A DNA stretch of 64,000 nt from Candidatus Micrarchaeota archaeon. Its GTDB lineage: Archaea; Micrarchaeota; Micrarchaeia; Norongarragalinales; SBBD01. This document shows positions 48,620 to 58,221 of this stretch, in pieces. Where the stretch lies: NCBI GenBank assembly GCA_018819225.1, contig JAHJQN010000003.1, positions 64,001 through 128,000 of the forward strand. Reading direction: 5' to 3'. The translations under genes and the position numbers were made by a program. Below the pieces are notes generated by a model. It had not been told where the DNA came from, did not search any database, and saw only the letters and a list, made by a program, of their open reading frames with translations. Positions within the stretch are counted from its first letter, which is position 1; each line of letters begins with the position of its first letter.

Positions 48620-48701
48620 GCTCCTTTTCACAAAACGAAGTGTAACGAATAGCGACGAACGATTTTAGCCTACCCGGCATTTTTAACCATTTGGATACCA
48701 G

Positions 48702-49814
48702 CTACGGAAACACGTCATCGAAGAACTCCAGCCATCTTTTCTGCCAGACCGGCAAAGCAAACCGCTTGACATGGGCTAATGCGCGGCCGCGAACGCGCTG
48801 GCGTAACGCCGAATCCTCCAGCACTGCAGCCAACGTATCCTCAAATGATTGAACAGAAGGCGCGCACAGAAAACCGGTTCGCTCGTGATCAATGAGATCA
48901 GGAATACCGCCCACGCGGCTCGCCACGACAACGCTCCCGCACGCCATGGCCTCCAACGCGCTCAGGGACGTGCCCTCTACGCCGCGACTCGGAATCACCG
49001 TGATGTCCGCCTTCTGATAAAGGCGAGGGAGATCGCGGTAGTGATCCTTGTGACCCCAGTATTTGATGCGCGGATCGCGGGACGCCGCTCTTTCAACAAG
49101 CGGTTGGAGCGGGCCGGTACCCGCAATCCATAATTCCACGTCGTCCCGGTTTAAGCGATGAAAGGCGGAAAGCATGAGATCAATGCCGCGGTTGCGCGTG
49201 AGGTTGCGAGGAAGCAAGATCGTGAGACGGCGGCCGTGCTTGCGCGGTTTAGGATAAAACGTTTTCAAGTCCACGTAATTCGGGATGACGGTCAGGCGAT
49301 CTTTATAGCGCGGCATATGGATGGAGACAAATCGAGGCAGCACCGAATCCACGCTCACCAAGCGCCGGCACGACTTCACCGCATACCGGATGAGATACTG
49401 GAAGAAGGCGTTTCGGGAACGCCATTTCATGTATTGAATGGGATCGAAACCGGAAAAAGGGACGTCCCAGGACACCCCGTGAAACGTCGCCGTGTTCCCC
49501 ATCGACCCCTTGGGATACGCGTGGTTCGCATCATGAAGATGAACGAGATCCGCGGAAGCGGAAACGCCTTTCGGCCATTCGAAATTGAACCAATACCGGC
49601 CCTTGGATGCGACCTGCGTCACGGGAATCCCATCGAATTCGAACGAATCGTTGACACGACCTCCTTGAACGACGGATACCTCGTGGCCTTGTTTCTGCAT
49701 CAGCTTGCAGAGGTCGTGAAGATAGACTTCCCCGCCGCCGATCAACTGGCGTCCCTTCACCGCGAAGGCATCCGCGGTTCCAGCAAAACTGTAGTTCACG
49801 AAGCAAATATTCAT
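48702..49814 (-). CDS. GT4 glycosyltransferase
   Basis: GGGE, VIPNYVD, AGTGPL, EGTSLSALEAMACG, SRVGGIPD. Confidence 0.92.
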   Translation of the reverse strand: MNICFVNYSFAGTADAFAVKGRQLIGGGEVYLHDLCKLMQKQGHEVSVVQGGRVNDSFEFDGIPVTQVASKGRYWFNFEWPKGVSASADLVHLHDANHAYPKGSMGNTATFHGVSWDVPFSGFDPIQYMKWRSRNAFFQYLIRYAVKSCRRLVSVDSVLPRFVSIHMPRYKDRLTVIPNYVDLKTFYPKPRKHGRRLTILLPRNLTRNRGIDLMLSAFHRLNRDDVELWIAGTGPLQPLVERAASRDPRIKYWGHKDHYRDLPRLYQKADITVIPSRGVEGTSLSALEAMACGSVVVASRVGGIPDLIDHERTGFLCAPSVQSFEDTLAAVLEDSALRQRVRGRALAHVKRFALPVWQKRWLEFFDDVFP

Positions 49815-50836
49815 GAGCGCTTCTCCAACTGTTCCAAAACGTCCACGATGCGTTTCCCCGAATCGCCCCGACCATAAATATGCTTTGCTCGCGGCTTGAA
49901 GTTACGGATAAATTCACGGAGATCGAAATCGAATCCCAGCAAGGCGTAACCGTGTTCCACGCTCTCGAAACGCTCCGTCTTCTTCCGGAATATCACGAGC
50001 GGTTTTTGAAGGTACGCGCATTCCTCGGCTAAGCCGCCCGAATCACTGACCACGGCCGTGCACCGCGCCAGCAACGGCAAGAATTTTTCGTACGGCAAGA
50101 CGGAAAGAATACGGCAGTGTTTCGTCACGTCCGAATACAGACCGTACTGAACGAGTTTTTTTTGCGTATTTTTGGAAAGAATGAAGAGGATGCGGAAATG
50201 CCTGGAGAGACTTACGACGTTTTTCACGAGTCGAGTCATGACCGAGGAGCTATTGATATTCTCTTGGCGGTGGATGGAAAAAATCAGGAACCCGTCGTCC
50301 TTCACTTTAAGCCGTCGAGAGCGAATGCTGTCAATTACCGTATTGCCGACCAGGTGCGTCGAGTGCCGCGGGGTGACCGCAGCCGCCCGCTGCGTCGGCG
50401 CGAAATGAACATGGGACAAGCGGTCGGCGATGACGCGACTGATTTCTTCAGGGTACGGTTGAAGAAAATCGTACGTGCGCAGGCCGCTTTCGATATGGCA
50501 TACCGTCGCATTCGAGGCCAGGCGGCCGGCGATCGATCCGACCGTCGTCGACATGGTATCGCCTTGCACGACTACGATGCAATTGCGTACCAGCTTGCGT
50601 ATACGGTGAATATTCTTGGCCACGAACGCCATGCCTTCGAAAGAGGAGTTGAACGTGCCGCTGATGCCCGTAGGCGGCCGTAGTTCCGTAAAATGAGGGA
50701 AACGGAATTCACGCAAATCGTGCTGACCCGTCGAAATCACGCGGCAGGAATGACCCCGTTTCCGAAGTTCGCTGATGACGGGAAGCACTTTAATGGCCTC
50801 TGCCCGAGTGCCTAAAACAAAGACGACGGAGCGCAT
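49811..50836 (-). CDS. wecB: UDP-N-acetylglucosamine 2-epimerase (non-hydrolysing)
   Basis: GTRAEAIK, TGQH, VQGDT, HIESGLR, PEE, GNTVID, HRQEN, DSGG..EE. Confidence 0.92.
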   Translation of the reverse strand: MRSVVFVLGTRAEAIKVLPVISELRKRGHSCRVISTGQHDLREFRFPHFTELRPPTGISGTFNSSFEGMAFVAKNIHRIRKLVRNCIVVVQGDTMSTTVGSIAGRLASNATVCHIESGLRTYDFLQPYPEEISRVIADRLSHVHFAPTQRAAAVTPRHSTHLVGNTVIDSIRSRRLKVKDDGFLIFSIHRQENINSSSVMTRLVKNVVSLSRHFRILFILSKNTQKKLVQYGLYSDVTKHCRILSVLPYEKFLPLLARCTAVVSDSGGLAEECAYLQKPLVIFRKKTERFESVEHGYALLGFDFDLREFIRNFKPRAKHIYGRGDSGKRIVDVLEQLEKRS

Positions 50837-50842
50837 GCCAAC

Positions 50843-52699
50843 TCAACCATTTAATGCATACAACGAAACGCGTTGATGAGAGTAGCTGAGGATCGCGTGC
50901 TTTTTAAGGAATGCGTCCATGACCGCATCCTTGCGGCGTTCCCGGTCCGTCACCAACGAAACCGTATTTTCGTTCACGAGAACGTGCGTGAATTCCCGCG
51001 AACGCAGCCAGTCCCGGAGATCATCCGCGTCCTGGAAACGATTGAAATCCTCGTAAATGCCGTATTCGTACGAGAGATCGGAATAGTAGCCGTGCGTGTC
51101 CCGAAAGAAGAACAGCTTGCTTTCCGGCGGAAGATTGCGGGAAGCCCACTGCAGCGTCCCGTAATTGGGTTGCGCGCGCATTAAGTAATCGTGCGAGGAT
51201 TCGAATCCGATGGCCACCGCAAATGCAGGCGCCTTGTATGCGAACGTAAAAACGACAGCGAAGATCATGGTCAGTAAAATGATTCCGGACAGAACCGTTG
51301 AAATCCATTTCTCGCGTCTCAGTCGATCGTAGGCCAACGCAACCGGAATGCTGAGAATCGCGAGCGCCGGGAAAATGAATCGCGATTCCTGGAACGTGAA
51401 GAACCACAAGACCACGAATCCCGCAGCGAATCCGATGAGTTTCTTGATGTCCGCATCCATTCGGTTAACCAGAAACAAGGCGGGAAGAATGGCCAAGTAA
51501 AGCGGACTGATGATTCCGTTAAACGCGGAACCGAAAAAAGTGAGTGAGAACGGAATCAACGCGAGCTCCAGCAACGGATTGCCGAGAACGATTCCGGCCC
51601 GCACCGATAGGTCTTGAAGCATGACATTGAAAAACGCCGTGCCGTCTCCGGAAATCTCGAACCGTTCCAAGAACGAGTAATATAATGGCCAGACGGGATT
51701 GCCGGTGTATGCGAATGTTTTCCAGTACCAGGGAACAAAGAACACGGCGGATACGACCCCGAAACCCGTGAGCGCCTTAAGGCGTTGGACGAACGATTTC
51801 GTGGACGGAGCGCGTGCGAGCTTGTAGAGCAAAGCGAGCCCCAACAAGATCAAGATCCATCCGCCAAGCGTCTTGATCGCCGCGGAAAAACCGGCGAACA
51901 GAGCCGAAAGGAAAAGCCAATCCCACGATTCGTGACGCCACCACTTCAGAAAACTCCAGATCGCCAGCAATTCGAAGAACGCCAACGAAAGGTCGATATA
52001 CCCCGTTCCGAAAAAGGCCTGCACCAACGGAATGCTCGCAAATACCGAGGCGCCAACGAAAGCGGAAAATGAAGAGACATGTTCACGGGCGAGCGCGTAT
52101 ATCGAGAGTAACAAGAGCATGCCGATTCCGAACGAAAACAACTTGGAAACCGAGATCGTGTACAGAATCAATCCGAGCGCGTACAACATTTCCATGCCCA
52201 TGGGCCAGTTGGCGTGAGGAAGAGAAAGAAACGTGAACCCTTTTTCCTGCACGTAGATTTTAGCGACGGCGAAATGGTAGGACAATGAATCCCAGTCCTT
52301 GGGACCCGGATCGGTGGACGAAGGCGGTGCGAAAACCGCGAGAAACTGCATAACGATTAATGCGAAGAACAATAGAGTCAATGCCATGGAAAACGGTCGC
52401 TTGAATTGCGCGCAGAAAAACGGAATACTTGAGCGGAACCCGCGCCGGAACAACGCCAGATTCGAATCAAAATCAGGAAGAAGCCAAAACAACACGAGCA
52501 GAATCAAGGCGATCACGGAACGAAACGCGAGCAAATGAACGGCGGCCAGCACGAATAACGTCATGGAAAAAAAAGCGAGTCCCACGCCAAAAGAAAAAAC
52601 GATGCGCTGGATATCCGAAAGCTTCAAGCGGTGCAGCAAGCGCTGTCCGAAAGCGAACGCGAGATAGAATATCAATAACGCGTAAAGAAACGATATCAT
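50843..52699 (-). CDS. GT-C (ArnT/PMT-like) membrane glycosyltransferase
   Basis: WDSLSYH, GYID, SAAIK, PWY......TGNPVWP, RFIFP. Confidence 0.78.
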   Translation of the reverse strand: MISFLYALLIFYLAFAFGQRLLHRLKLSDIQRIVFSFGVGLAFFSMTLFVLAAVHLLAFRSVIALILLVLFWLLPDFDSNLALFRRGFRSSIPFFCAQFKRPFSMALTLLFFALIVMQFLAVFAPPSSTDPGPKDWDSLSYHFAVAKIYVQEKGFTFLSLPHANWPMGMEMLYALGLILYTISVSKLFSFGIGMLLLLSIYALAREHVSSFSAFVGASVFASIPLVQAFFGTGYIDLSLAFFELLAIWSFLKWWRHESWDWLFLSALFAGFSAAIKTLGGWILILLGLALLYKLARAPSTKSFVQRLKALTGFGVVSAVFFVPWYWKTFAYTGNPVWPLYYSFLERFEISGDGTAFFNVMLQDLSVRAGIVLGNPLLELALIPFSLTFFGSAFNGIISPLYLAILPALFLVNRMDADIKKLIGFAAGFVVLWFFTFQESRFIFPALAILSIPVALAYDRLRREKWISTVLSGIILLTMIFAVVFTFAYKAPAFAVAIGFESSHDYLMRAQPNYGTLQWASRNLPPESKLFFFRDTHGYYSDLSYEYGIYEDFNRFQDADDLRDWLRSREFTHVLVNENTVSLVTDRERRKDAVMDAFLKKHAILSYSHQRVSLYALNG

Positions 52700-52822
52700 G
52701 GGGATCCGCCCCCCAACCAACCCAACGCCAGCGACGCATAACGCGAATTAAGAACATAATTCGAAACGAAAAATAGAAGGAAGACGAGCAGCATCCACGC
52801 AACGGAAAGCCAGCGGCGCATA

Positions 52823-54313
52823 TCAGAATCCCAAGTACATGCGGCGGTACGTGTCCCATATCCGGTACGCCGTCATCTCGTATTTCGTTTCAAAACGACC
52901 CGTGAACATGTTCACCAAACTCTTTAATGAAGTGATCGGACGCCTAAATAGCTTGCGGGTGAAGAATAACACGTACCATTTGACCCGCAAGCGCGCCAAC
53001 TTCCGGTATTCCTTTCTCCACGTCGGCGAAAAACTGAGTTGCTCATAATTCTCGTAATTCCAGTTTTCTTCCGTGGAAGCGGGCGAACCAGGAACCGGAG
53101 TCATGATGAATAACGTGACCTCGTCCGCGCCTGCATCCGCCAAACGCTCAATGTAACGCTCGGTCAACCTCAGATCCTCGTCCGTTTCCCCCGGGTAGCC
53201 CATCACGAAACAGGCTTGCGAGCGAATGCCCAGCCGAGTCATCGTGCGAATGCGCTCCAGCGCGTACGCGTGATCAAACATTTTCTGCATGATTTTCAGC
53301 ATGCGCGGGGAACCGCTCTCCGGAGAAATTGAAATGTAGTTCACGCCCGCTTGAGCCATCCATTCCAGCGTCACATCATCATACGTTTCCACCTTCGTGC
53401 CCGCGGCAAATTTGAGATGGATCTTCAAGTTCCGTTGAATGATTTCCTTGCACAATTCAACGATTCGATCCTTTCGAACCGTGGGATTGAAGTCCTCCAC
53501 ATGAAAATCGCGCACGTTGAATTTCTCGACAAAGTGTTGAAGCTCGTCCGCCACATTTTTAGCACTCCGAATTTTCCATGAACGACCCCAAATGCCGGGT
53601 ACAAAACAAAACGTGCATCCTAAAGGACAGCCGCGGGACGTCAAGAGCGGAAGATACTTGCCTTGATACGGGCCGTGCGAATACTTGAGCCTCCAATAGT
53701 TTTCAAGAGGCAACAGATCAAACGCGGGGAAGGGCAGGGAATCCAGATCTTCGAGGAAATGCTGTTTTGGACGGACGACGAGCTTTCCGTTCCTCAAAAA
53801 CGCGATGCCGTCAATGGATTCAATGGCACGCGGGTCCTGCGCGCGCAAGGCCTCCAGTAACTGGTGGCTGCTGAGCTCATACTCCGCCAACAACACGTAA
53901 TCCGCTCCGGCATTCAGGAAATCCTTGAAGTGAATGGTGGCGAAGTTGCCGGTCATGATCAACGGCGCTTTTATTGCGGCCTTAATTTGTTTGATGAGCG
54001 TCAGCAAATAATCGTACGCAATACCGTAGTTGGAGACGAAACCGGAATTGGAGGAAAGAAAAATCGCTTCCGATTTAGAATCCAAACGGGCCATGACTTC
54101 TTCCACGCGCAAACCTTTCAGGAAGTGAGTGGCGCCCGCATCCGTAAATTGATAGGGTTTTTCGCCAAACGCGTCAATGATTGTGACGTTTAATCCTTTC
54201 TCGCGCAAATACGCCGCCAGATACGGCACTTCCATGGACATGTACGGGACTCCGCTCCCGAACAAATCGCCCTTCTGGTTCATGAGCGGGGGAATAATGA
54301 GTTGAACGGACAT
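52823..54313 (-). CDS. Cobalamin-binding radical SAM protein
   Basis: N-terminal B12-binding-like domain (YLAAYL, IIDA), DLDSLPFP, TSRGCPLGCTFC, ESGS, GYPGET, TPVPGS. Confidence 0.92.
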   Translation of the reverse strand: MSVQLIIPPLMNQKGDLFGSGVPYMSMEVPYLAAYLREKGLNVTIIDAFGEKPYQFTDAGATHFLKGLRVEEVMARLDSKSEAIFLSSNSGFVSNYGIAYDYLLTLIKQIKAAIKAPLIMTGNFATIHFKDFLNAGADYVLLAEYELSSHQLLEALRAQDPRAIESIDGIAFLRNGKLVVRPKQHFLEDLDSLPFPAFDLLPLENYWRLKYSHGPYQGKYLPLLTSRGCPLGCTFCFVPGIWGRSWKIRSAKNVADELQHFVEKFNVRDFHVEDFNPTVRKDRIVELCKEIIQRNLKIHLKFAAGTKVETYDDVTLEWMAQAGVNYISISPESGSPRMLKIMQKMFDHAYALERIRTMTRLGIRSQACFVMGYPGETDEDLRLTERYIERLADAGADEVTLFIMTPVPGSPASTEENWNYENYEQLSFSPTWRKEYRKLARLRVKWYVLFFTRKLFRRPITSLKSLVNMFTGRFETKYEMTAYRIWDTYRRMYLGF

Positions 54314-54398
54314 TCAAAACGCCTCGGCTGCTTGCGCTATCCAGAAAAGGATTAGGAAGCCACGAATGTTAATAACGTTTTGTTTAATGAACGAACGT

Positions 54399-55811
54399 TC
54401 AGTCGACGATCTGGTACTGCGAGAAGCGTTTCTTCGATTCCGTCCACTCCTCCTTCGTGCGGCTTTGCACGATATGGTCTGAAGCCAGAAAACCCATGTC
54501 CAGACAATGATCCATGTTGTTGTAGTTGAACAAGCCCTGCCGGCCAATCGTCAGGAAATTGTCCAGCGAGTCCAAGTACTTGACCACTTCATTCAAATGC
54601 ACGCTGAAGCCGACATCGTACAACGGATACTTGTTGCGCAACCGCACCGTAAAGGATTCGGCCACCTCATCGCGCTTGAGAATCTCCACTTTCTCGAGAT
54701 CCGCCACCACCTGCCCATAAAGCGCGTGATCCGACGCGTTCCACTGCGCGTCCCCGTCCGAACACGTGATTTCCACGCATAAAACGGTTTTATCCTCGGG
54801 AACCATGAGCCCGCTGAACCCCTTTTGCTCGGAAATGCGGTTGAACACGATGTCCCGCTCCGGATAGAAAATCCAGTTGTCGTCAAATAAACGCGATTTC
54901 TTGACGACCAAGTAAACCAATATGAGCGCCCGGTAGCGCAGTTTCGAAGCCGCTTGCAGTACTTTCTCGGGAGGCAACGGACGGAACAACTTCACGACAT
55001 CGCCCAAATGAATCGAGCTGATCAAATAGGAAGGAGTCAAGGGTTTGCGCAAACCGCGCTCCTCGAAAATCACGGTGTCCACGCGATGGCCGTCCATGCG
55101 AATCTCAGTCGGAAGCGTCTTCAAGTGAATACGACCGCCATTATCCGTAATGCGCTGCGCCATGCGATTCGATAATTGAATGCAACCGTGCTTCGGGTAA
55201 TAGAACTCGGACGCCGTAATCTCTTTCTTGTTCTTGTTTCCCAGGAACATGCGCTTAATCAATTCGGTTAGGGACGGAATGGAAACGCGTATGCGCGCCA
55301 GCTCCGCATCCAAACCGTTCGGGTTCACTCCCCAAACCTTTTCCGCATAACCTTGAAACACCGCTTCGTAGATCTTGCGACCGAAACGGTTCGTCAAATA
55401 TTTTTCGTACGAATAATCTTCTTCCTTCGAAATCGTGCGCTTCGCCAGCATGGATGCGTAACTCATCCCAAAACCGAACGCGACCGCCGGCGAAACACCG
55501 GACATCAACGCCGTGGGCTTGAAAGGATACGAGAAATACTTTTCAAGAATGCGGATGCGGCTCTTCTTGGGAATCGTCTGCAACTCCTCCCCCAACAACC
55601 CTTGAATTTCCTTCATCACGTTGGGAAGTTGCGTGTAAATCTTGTGCGGACCCAAATCCAGCTGATACGGACCGCGTTGGAACGTCGTCGCCGTTCCTCC
55701 GATGTGATCCCGTTTTTCCAGGACGTCTACCGCTAACCCTGATTCGGCAAGCTTCCAGCCAGCGGACAAACCGGTGACGCCGGCACCCAAGACGACAACG
55801 CTTCCAGGCAT
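54399..55811 (-). CDS. FAD-dependent oxidoreductase (UDP-galactopyranose mutase/protoporphyrinogen oxidase-like)
   Basis: VLGAGVTGL, EK...IGG, DLGPH, FYYPKHG, GRQGLFNYNNMDH. Confidence 0.85.
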   Translation of the reverse strand: MPGSVVVLGAGVTGLSAGWKLAESGLAVDVLEKRDHIGGTATTFQRGPYQLDLGPHKIYTQLPNVMKEIQGLLGEELQTIPKKSRIRILEKYFSYPFKPTALMSGVSPAVAFGFGMSYASMLAKRTISKEEDYSYEKYLTNRFGRKIYEAVFQGYAEKVWGVNPNGLDAELARIRVSIPSLTELIKRMFLGNKNKKEITASEFYYPKHGCIQLSNRMAQRITDNGGRIHLKTLPTEIRMDGHRVDTVIFEERGLRKPLTPSYLISSIHLGDVVKLFRPLPPEKVLQAASKLRYRALILVYLVVKKSRLFDDNWIFYPERDIVFNRISEQKGFSGLMVPEDKTVLCVEITCSDGDAQWNASDHALYGQVVADLEKVEILKRDEVAESFTVRLRNKYPLYDVGFSVHLNEVVKYLDSLDNFLTIGRQGLFNYNNMDHCLDMGFLASDHIVQSRTKEEWTESKKRFSQYQIVD

Positions 55812-55819
55812 GAATCCGA

Positions 55820-56722
55820 TCACTTCTTTCGCGCGAGGACCAAATACTGCGAGGCATAATACGTCACTTGCTGGTCCTGCAACCTCAACGCGGAAACTAA
55901 CGCATTCAATACTCTATGAATGGCCTTATTGTAAGGTTGAACGCGATACACCAAATAACCCAAGCTCAGTTTCTGGTAATGACGTTTCGAATAGACTTGC
56001 TCGAACCCGTTGCGCTCCAACATGTCCCGCATGGTCTTCGGCGTAAAGTACCACAAGTGCACGCTCAACAAAAACCACCATTTTCTGCCCGTGATTTTCG
56101 CGAGCCTGCTGCCAAAATTCGGGTAGTTCACCACGAGCAATCCGCCGGGCTTCAGGATGCGCATGGCTTCCTTCAAGTCCGCCGCCGGATCCGGCACGTG
56201 CTCGAGAACATCCCAGAACGTAACGACATCGAAATGGGCATCCGGATATTTAGCCGTATGAATAGTGCCTTGCTTCAGGTTCAAACCGAACGTTTCTCTT
56301 CCGTAACGGGCCAACCAATGAGAGGGCTCCACGCCGTACGCATCCCAACCGTTTTCCTTGGCTGCTTTCACGAACAAGCCCGCTGCAGCTCCCACGTCCA
56401 ATACGCGACCTTTCTTCGGCATATGCTTTTCCATTAACCGGACCCCGGCACGGAAAGTGGCCATCCGACCCTCGGATTGCGAGACATACGTCTTATCCTC
56501 AGCCGCCGAATAACCCCCCACAATGAACTGGCTTTTCAAGCGTGGGTTCACGTACACGAAATGGCATTGCTTGCACTTTACGACCTGGTCCGTCAACACG
56601 TCGTTTCCGGAAGCGGAGAAATCGGCTTCCGACGTGGATTTGCCGGATAACGCCGGATACACGACGGAATAATCGTTGGCTCCGCATAAATTGCAGTTCA
56701 CGTGTTCTAAACGCGAATCCAT
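55820..56722 (-). CDS. Class I SAM methyltransferase with N-terminal Zn-binding motif
   Basis: CNLC..CKQC, VLDVGAAAG, DVLEHVPDP, LKPGG, HLWYF. Confidence 0.9.
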   Translation of the reverse strand: MDSRLEHVNCNLCGANDYSVVYPALSGKSTSEADFSASGNDVLTDQVVKCKQCHFVYVNPRLKSQFIVGGYSAAEDKTYVSQSEGRMATFRAGVRLMEKHMPKKGRVLDVGAAAGLFVKAAKENGWDAYGVEPSHWLARYGRETFGLNLKQGTIHTAKYPDAHFDVVTFWDVLEHVPDPAADLKEAMRILKPGGLLVVNYPNFGSRLAKITGRKWWFLLSVHLWYFTPKTMRDMLERNGFEQVYSKRHYQKLSLGYLVYRVQPYNKAIHRVLNALVSALRLQDQQVTYYASQYLVLARKK

Positions 56723-56889
56723 GTTCTCACCACGTTGACGATCGGATAGTATATTCTTATGAGGCGCATGGGTTCTGGCGGCCGTACGAATGCGCCTCGA
56801 AAAATAGTTAAGTATTACCAGCACGACAGGTTTTAAAACCGTTTGGAGTCCATGCGCCCGCGACGAAAACAAAGGCGGCGTCGGGAAAA

Positions 56890-58203
56890 TTACACGCGCC
56901 GAAATCCCTGAATGCCGCGCGCATCATACACTTTCTCATACGCGCTTTCGTCAAAATGCTCGTCAAAACGCCATCCGTCATACGCGCTTCGAATCACGCA
57001 CGCTTCGGAAATGGAACCGGATTCAATGGAATAGGCGATGGGGCGTTGGAGAAAATGAATGAGTACCGCCGGAATGTTCGAGAAAATGCTTCCGGGGCAT
57101 TGGGATTGGGCGAACCGGCCCGCCTCCACGTACGCGATATGCTTGTCGTATTGCGTGGCCGCGCCCGCAATCAATGCCATGGAAAGCAGGAGGTTTAGGA
57201 ACACCGCCACCGCCGCCCATTGTTCTATGCGGGATTTCTTGGCAAGGTACGTGGCAGACAACAGGCACGCGAACGGAATCAACGGAACCAAATAACGGAA
57301 CAAACGGAAATTAAAGAAGCCCCAGATCTCCATGGTAAACACGACGCCAAACACCGCTAGACCCAACAGAGCGAACGCATTGCGATGGAACTTCCGAACG
57401 TTTTGAACTAAAGAAGTCAAAAAGAGTGGGAACGCAAAAGCGAGCGTAAATGCAAACAACAAGAAATAACTCGGAATCTGATCCGGTAGAGACAAAGCGC
57501 CTTGTCGGACGTTCAACTGCGCGAAAAAGAAATCGTTGAGGAACTGAAAGGCATTCCCCGTCACCGTTTGACTGAAAACGAGATAGGGAGAGAAGAACAG
57601 CAGGAACGCCAACGCCGCCCCGATTCCGTGCGGACTGAATATCACGTGCAAGCGATGGTTCTTCCAATAATACAGAAAGGCGATGAGGAAAATGTAGAGC
57701 CCGATAAAGCGGGTGAGCGCGAGCAATGCCGCCAACGCTCCGAACCCCATCAAGTATTTGGGTTGCGAAAGAGAGCGGTGTAACGCGTAAAGGCTAGCCA
57801 CGAATAAGAGGACGAAAAGCGTTTCCGTGAGGACACGGGCTTCTAAAAACGCGAAAAACGGATTCGTGGCGAGCAGTACCGCCCCCCAAAATCCGACGTG
57901 TTCATTGAACAGCTCGCGACCCAAGCGGTACGTCAGAAAAACGGCGAGCCCCCCGAATAAAAGATTCAGGAGCTTTCCGGCGAGGGCCATGTCCCCCAAG
58001 AACGCGAACCACGAAAGGAGATAAGGAAACGCGGGAAACCGCGCGATCTCAATGGTGCGCGATAAATCGTTCGACGCGAACGCATCCGCGCCATTCATGT
58101 ACGTATACTCGTCCATCGCGAAGACTGGAAAGTAAAGGGATAATACCGCGATGATGACCCATGCCAGAACCATGGGCCAGAAACGCAACCAATTCATGGC
58201 CAT
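56890..58203 (-). CDS. GT39/ArnT-like membrane glycosyltransferase
   Basis: DE..Y, RFPAFP, VLTETLF, ALTR, RYLVP. Confidence 0.8.
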   Translation of the reverse strand: MAMNWLRFWPMVLAWVIIAVLSLYFPVFAMDEYTYMNGADAFASNDLSRTIEIARFPAFPYLLSWFAFLGDMALAGKLLNLLFGGLAVFLTYRLGRELFNEHVGFWGAVLLATNPFFAFLEARVLTETLFVLLFVASLYALHRSLSQPKYLMGFGALAALLALTRFIGLYIFLIAFLYYWKNHRLHVIFSPHGIGAALAFLLFFSPYLVFSQTVTGNAFQFLNDFFFAQLNVRQGALSLPDQIPSYFLLFAFTLAFAFPLFLTSLVQNVRKFHRNAFALLGLAVFGVVFTMEIWGFFNFRLFRYLVPLIPFACLLSATYLAKKSRIEQWAAVAVFLNLLLSMALIAGAATQYDKHIAYVEAGRFAQSQCPGSIFSNIPAVLIHFLQRPIAYSIESGSISEACVIRSAYDGWRFDEHFDESAYEKVYDARGIQGFRRV

Positions 58204-58221
58204 TCCTCCTTTAAAAAAAAA

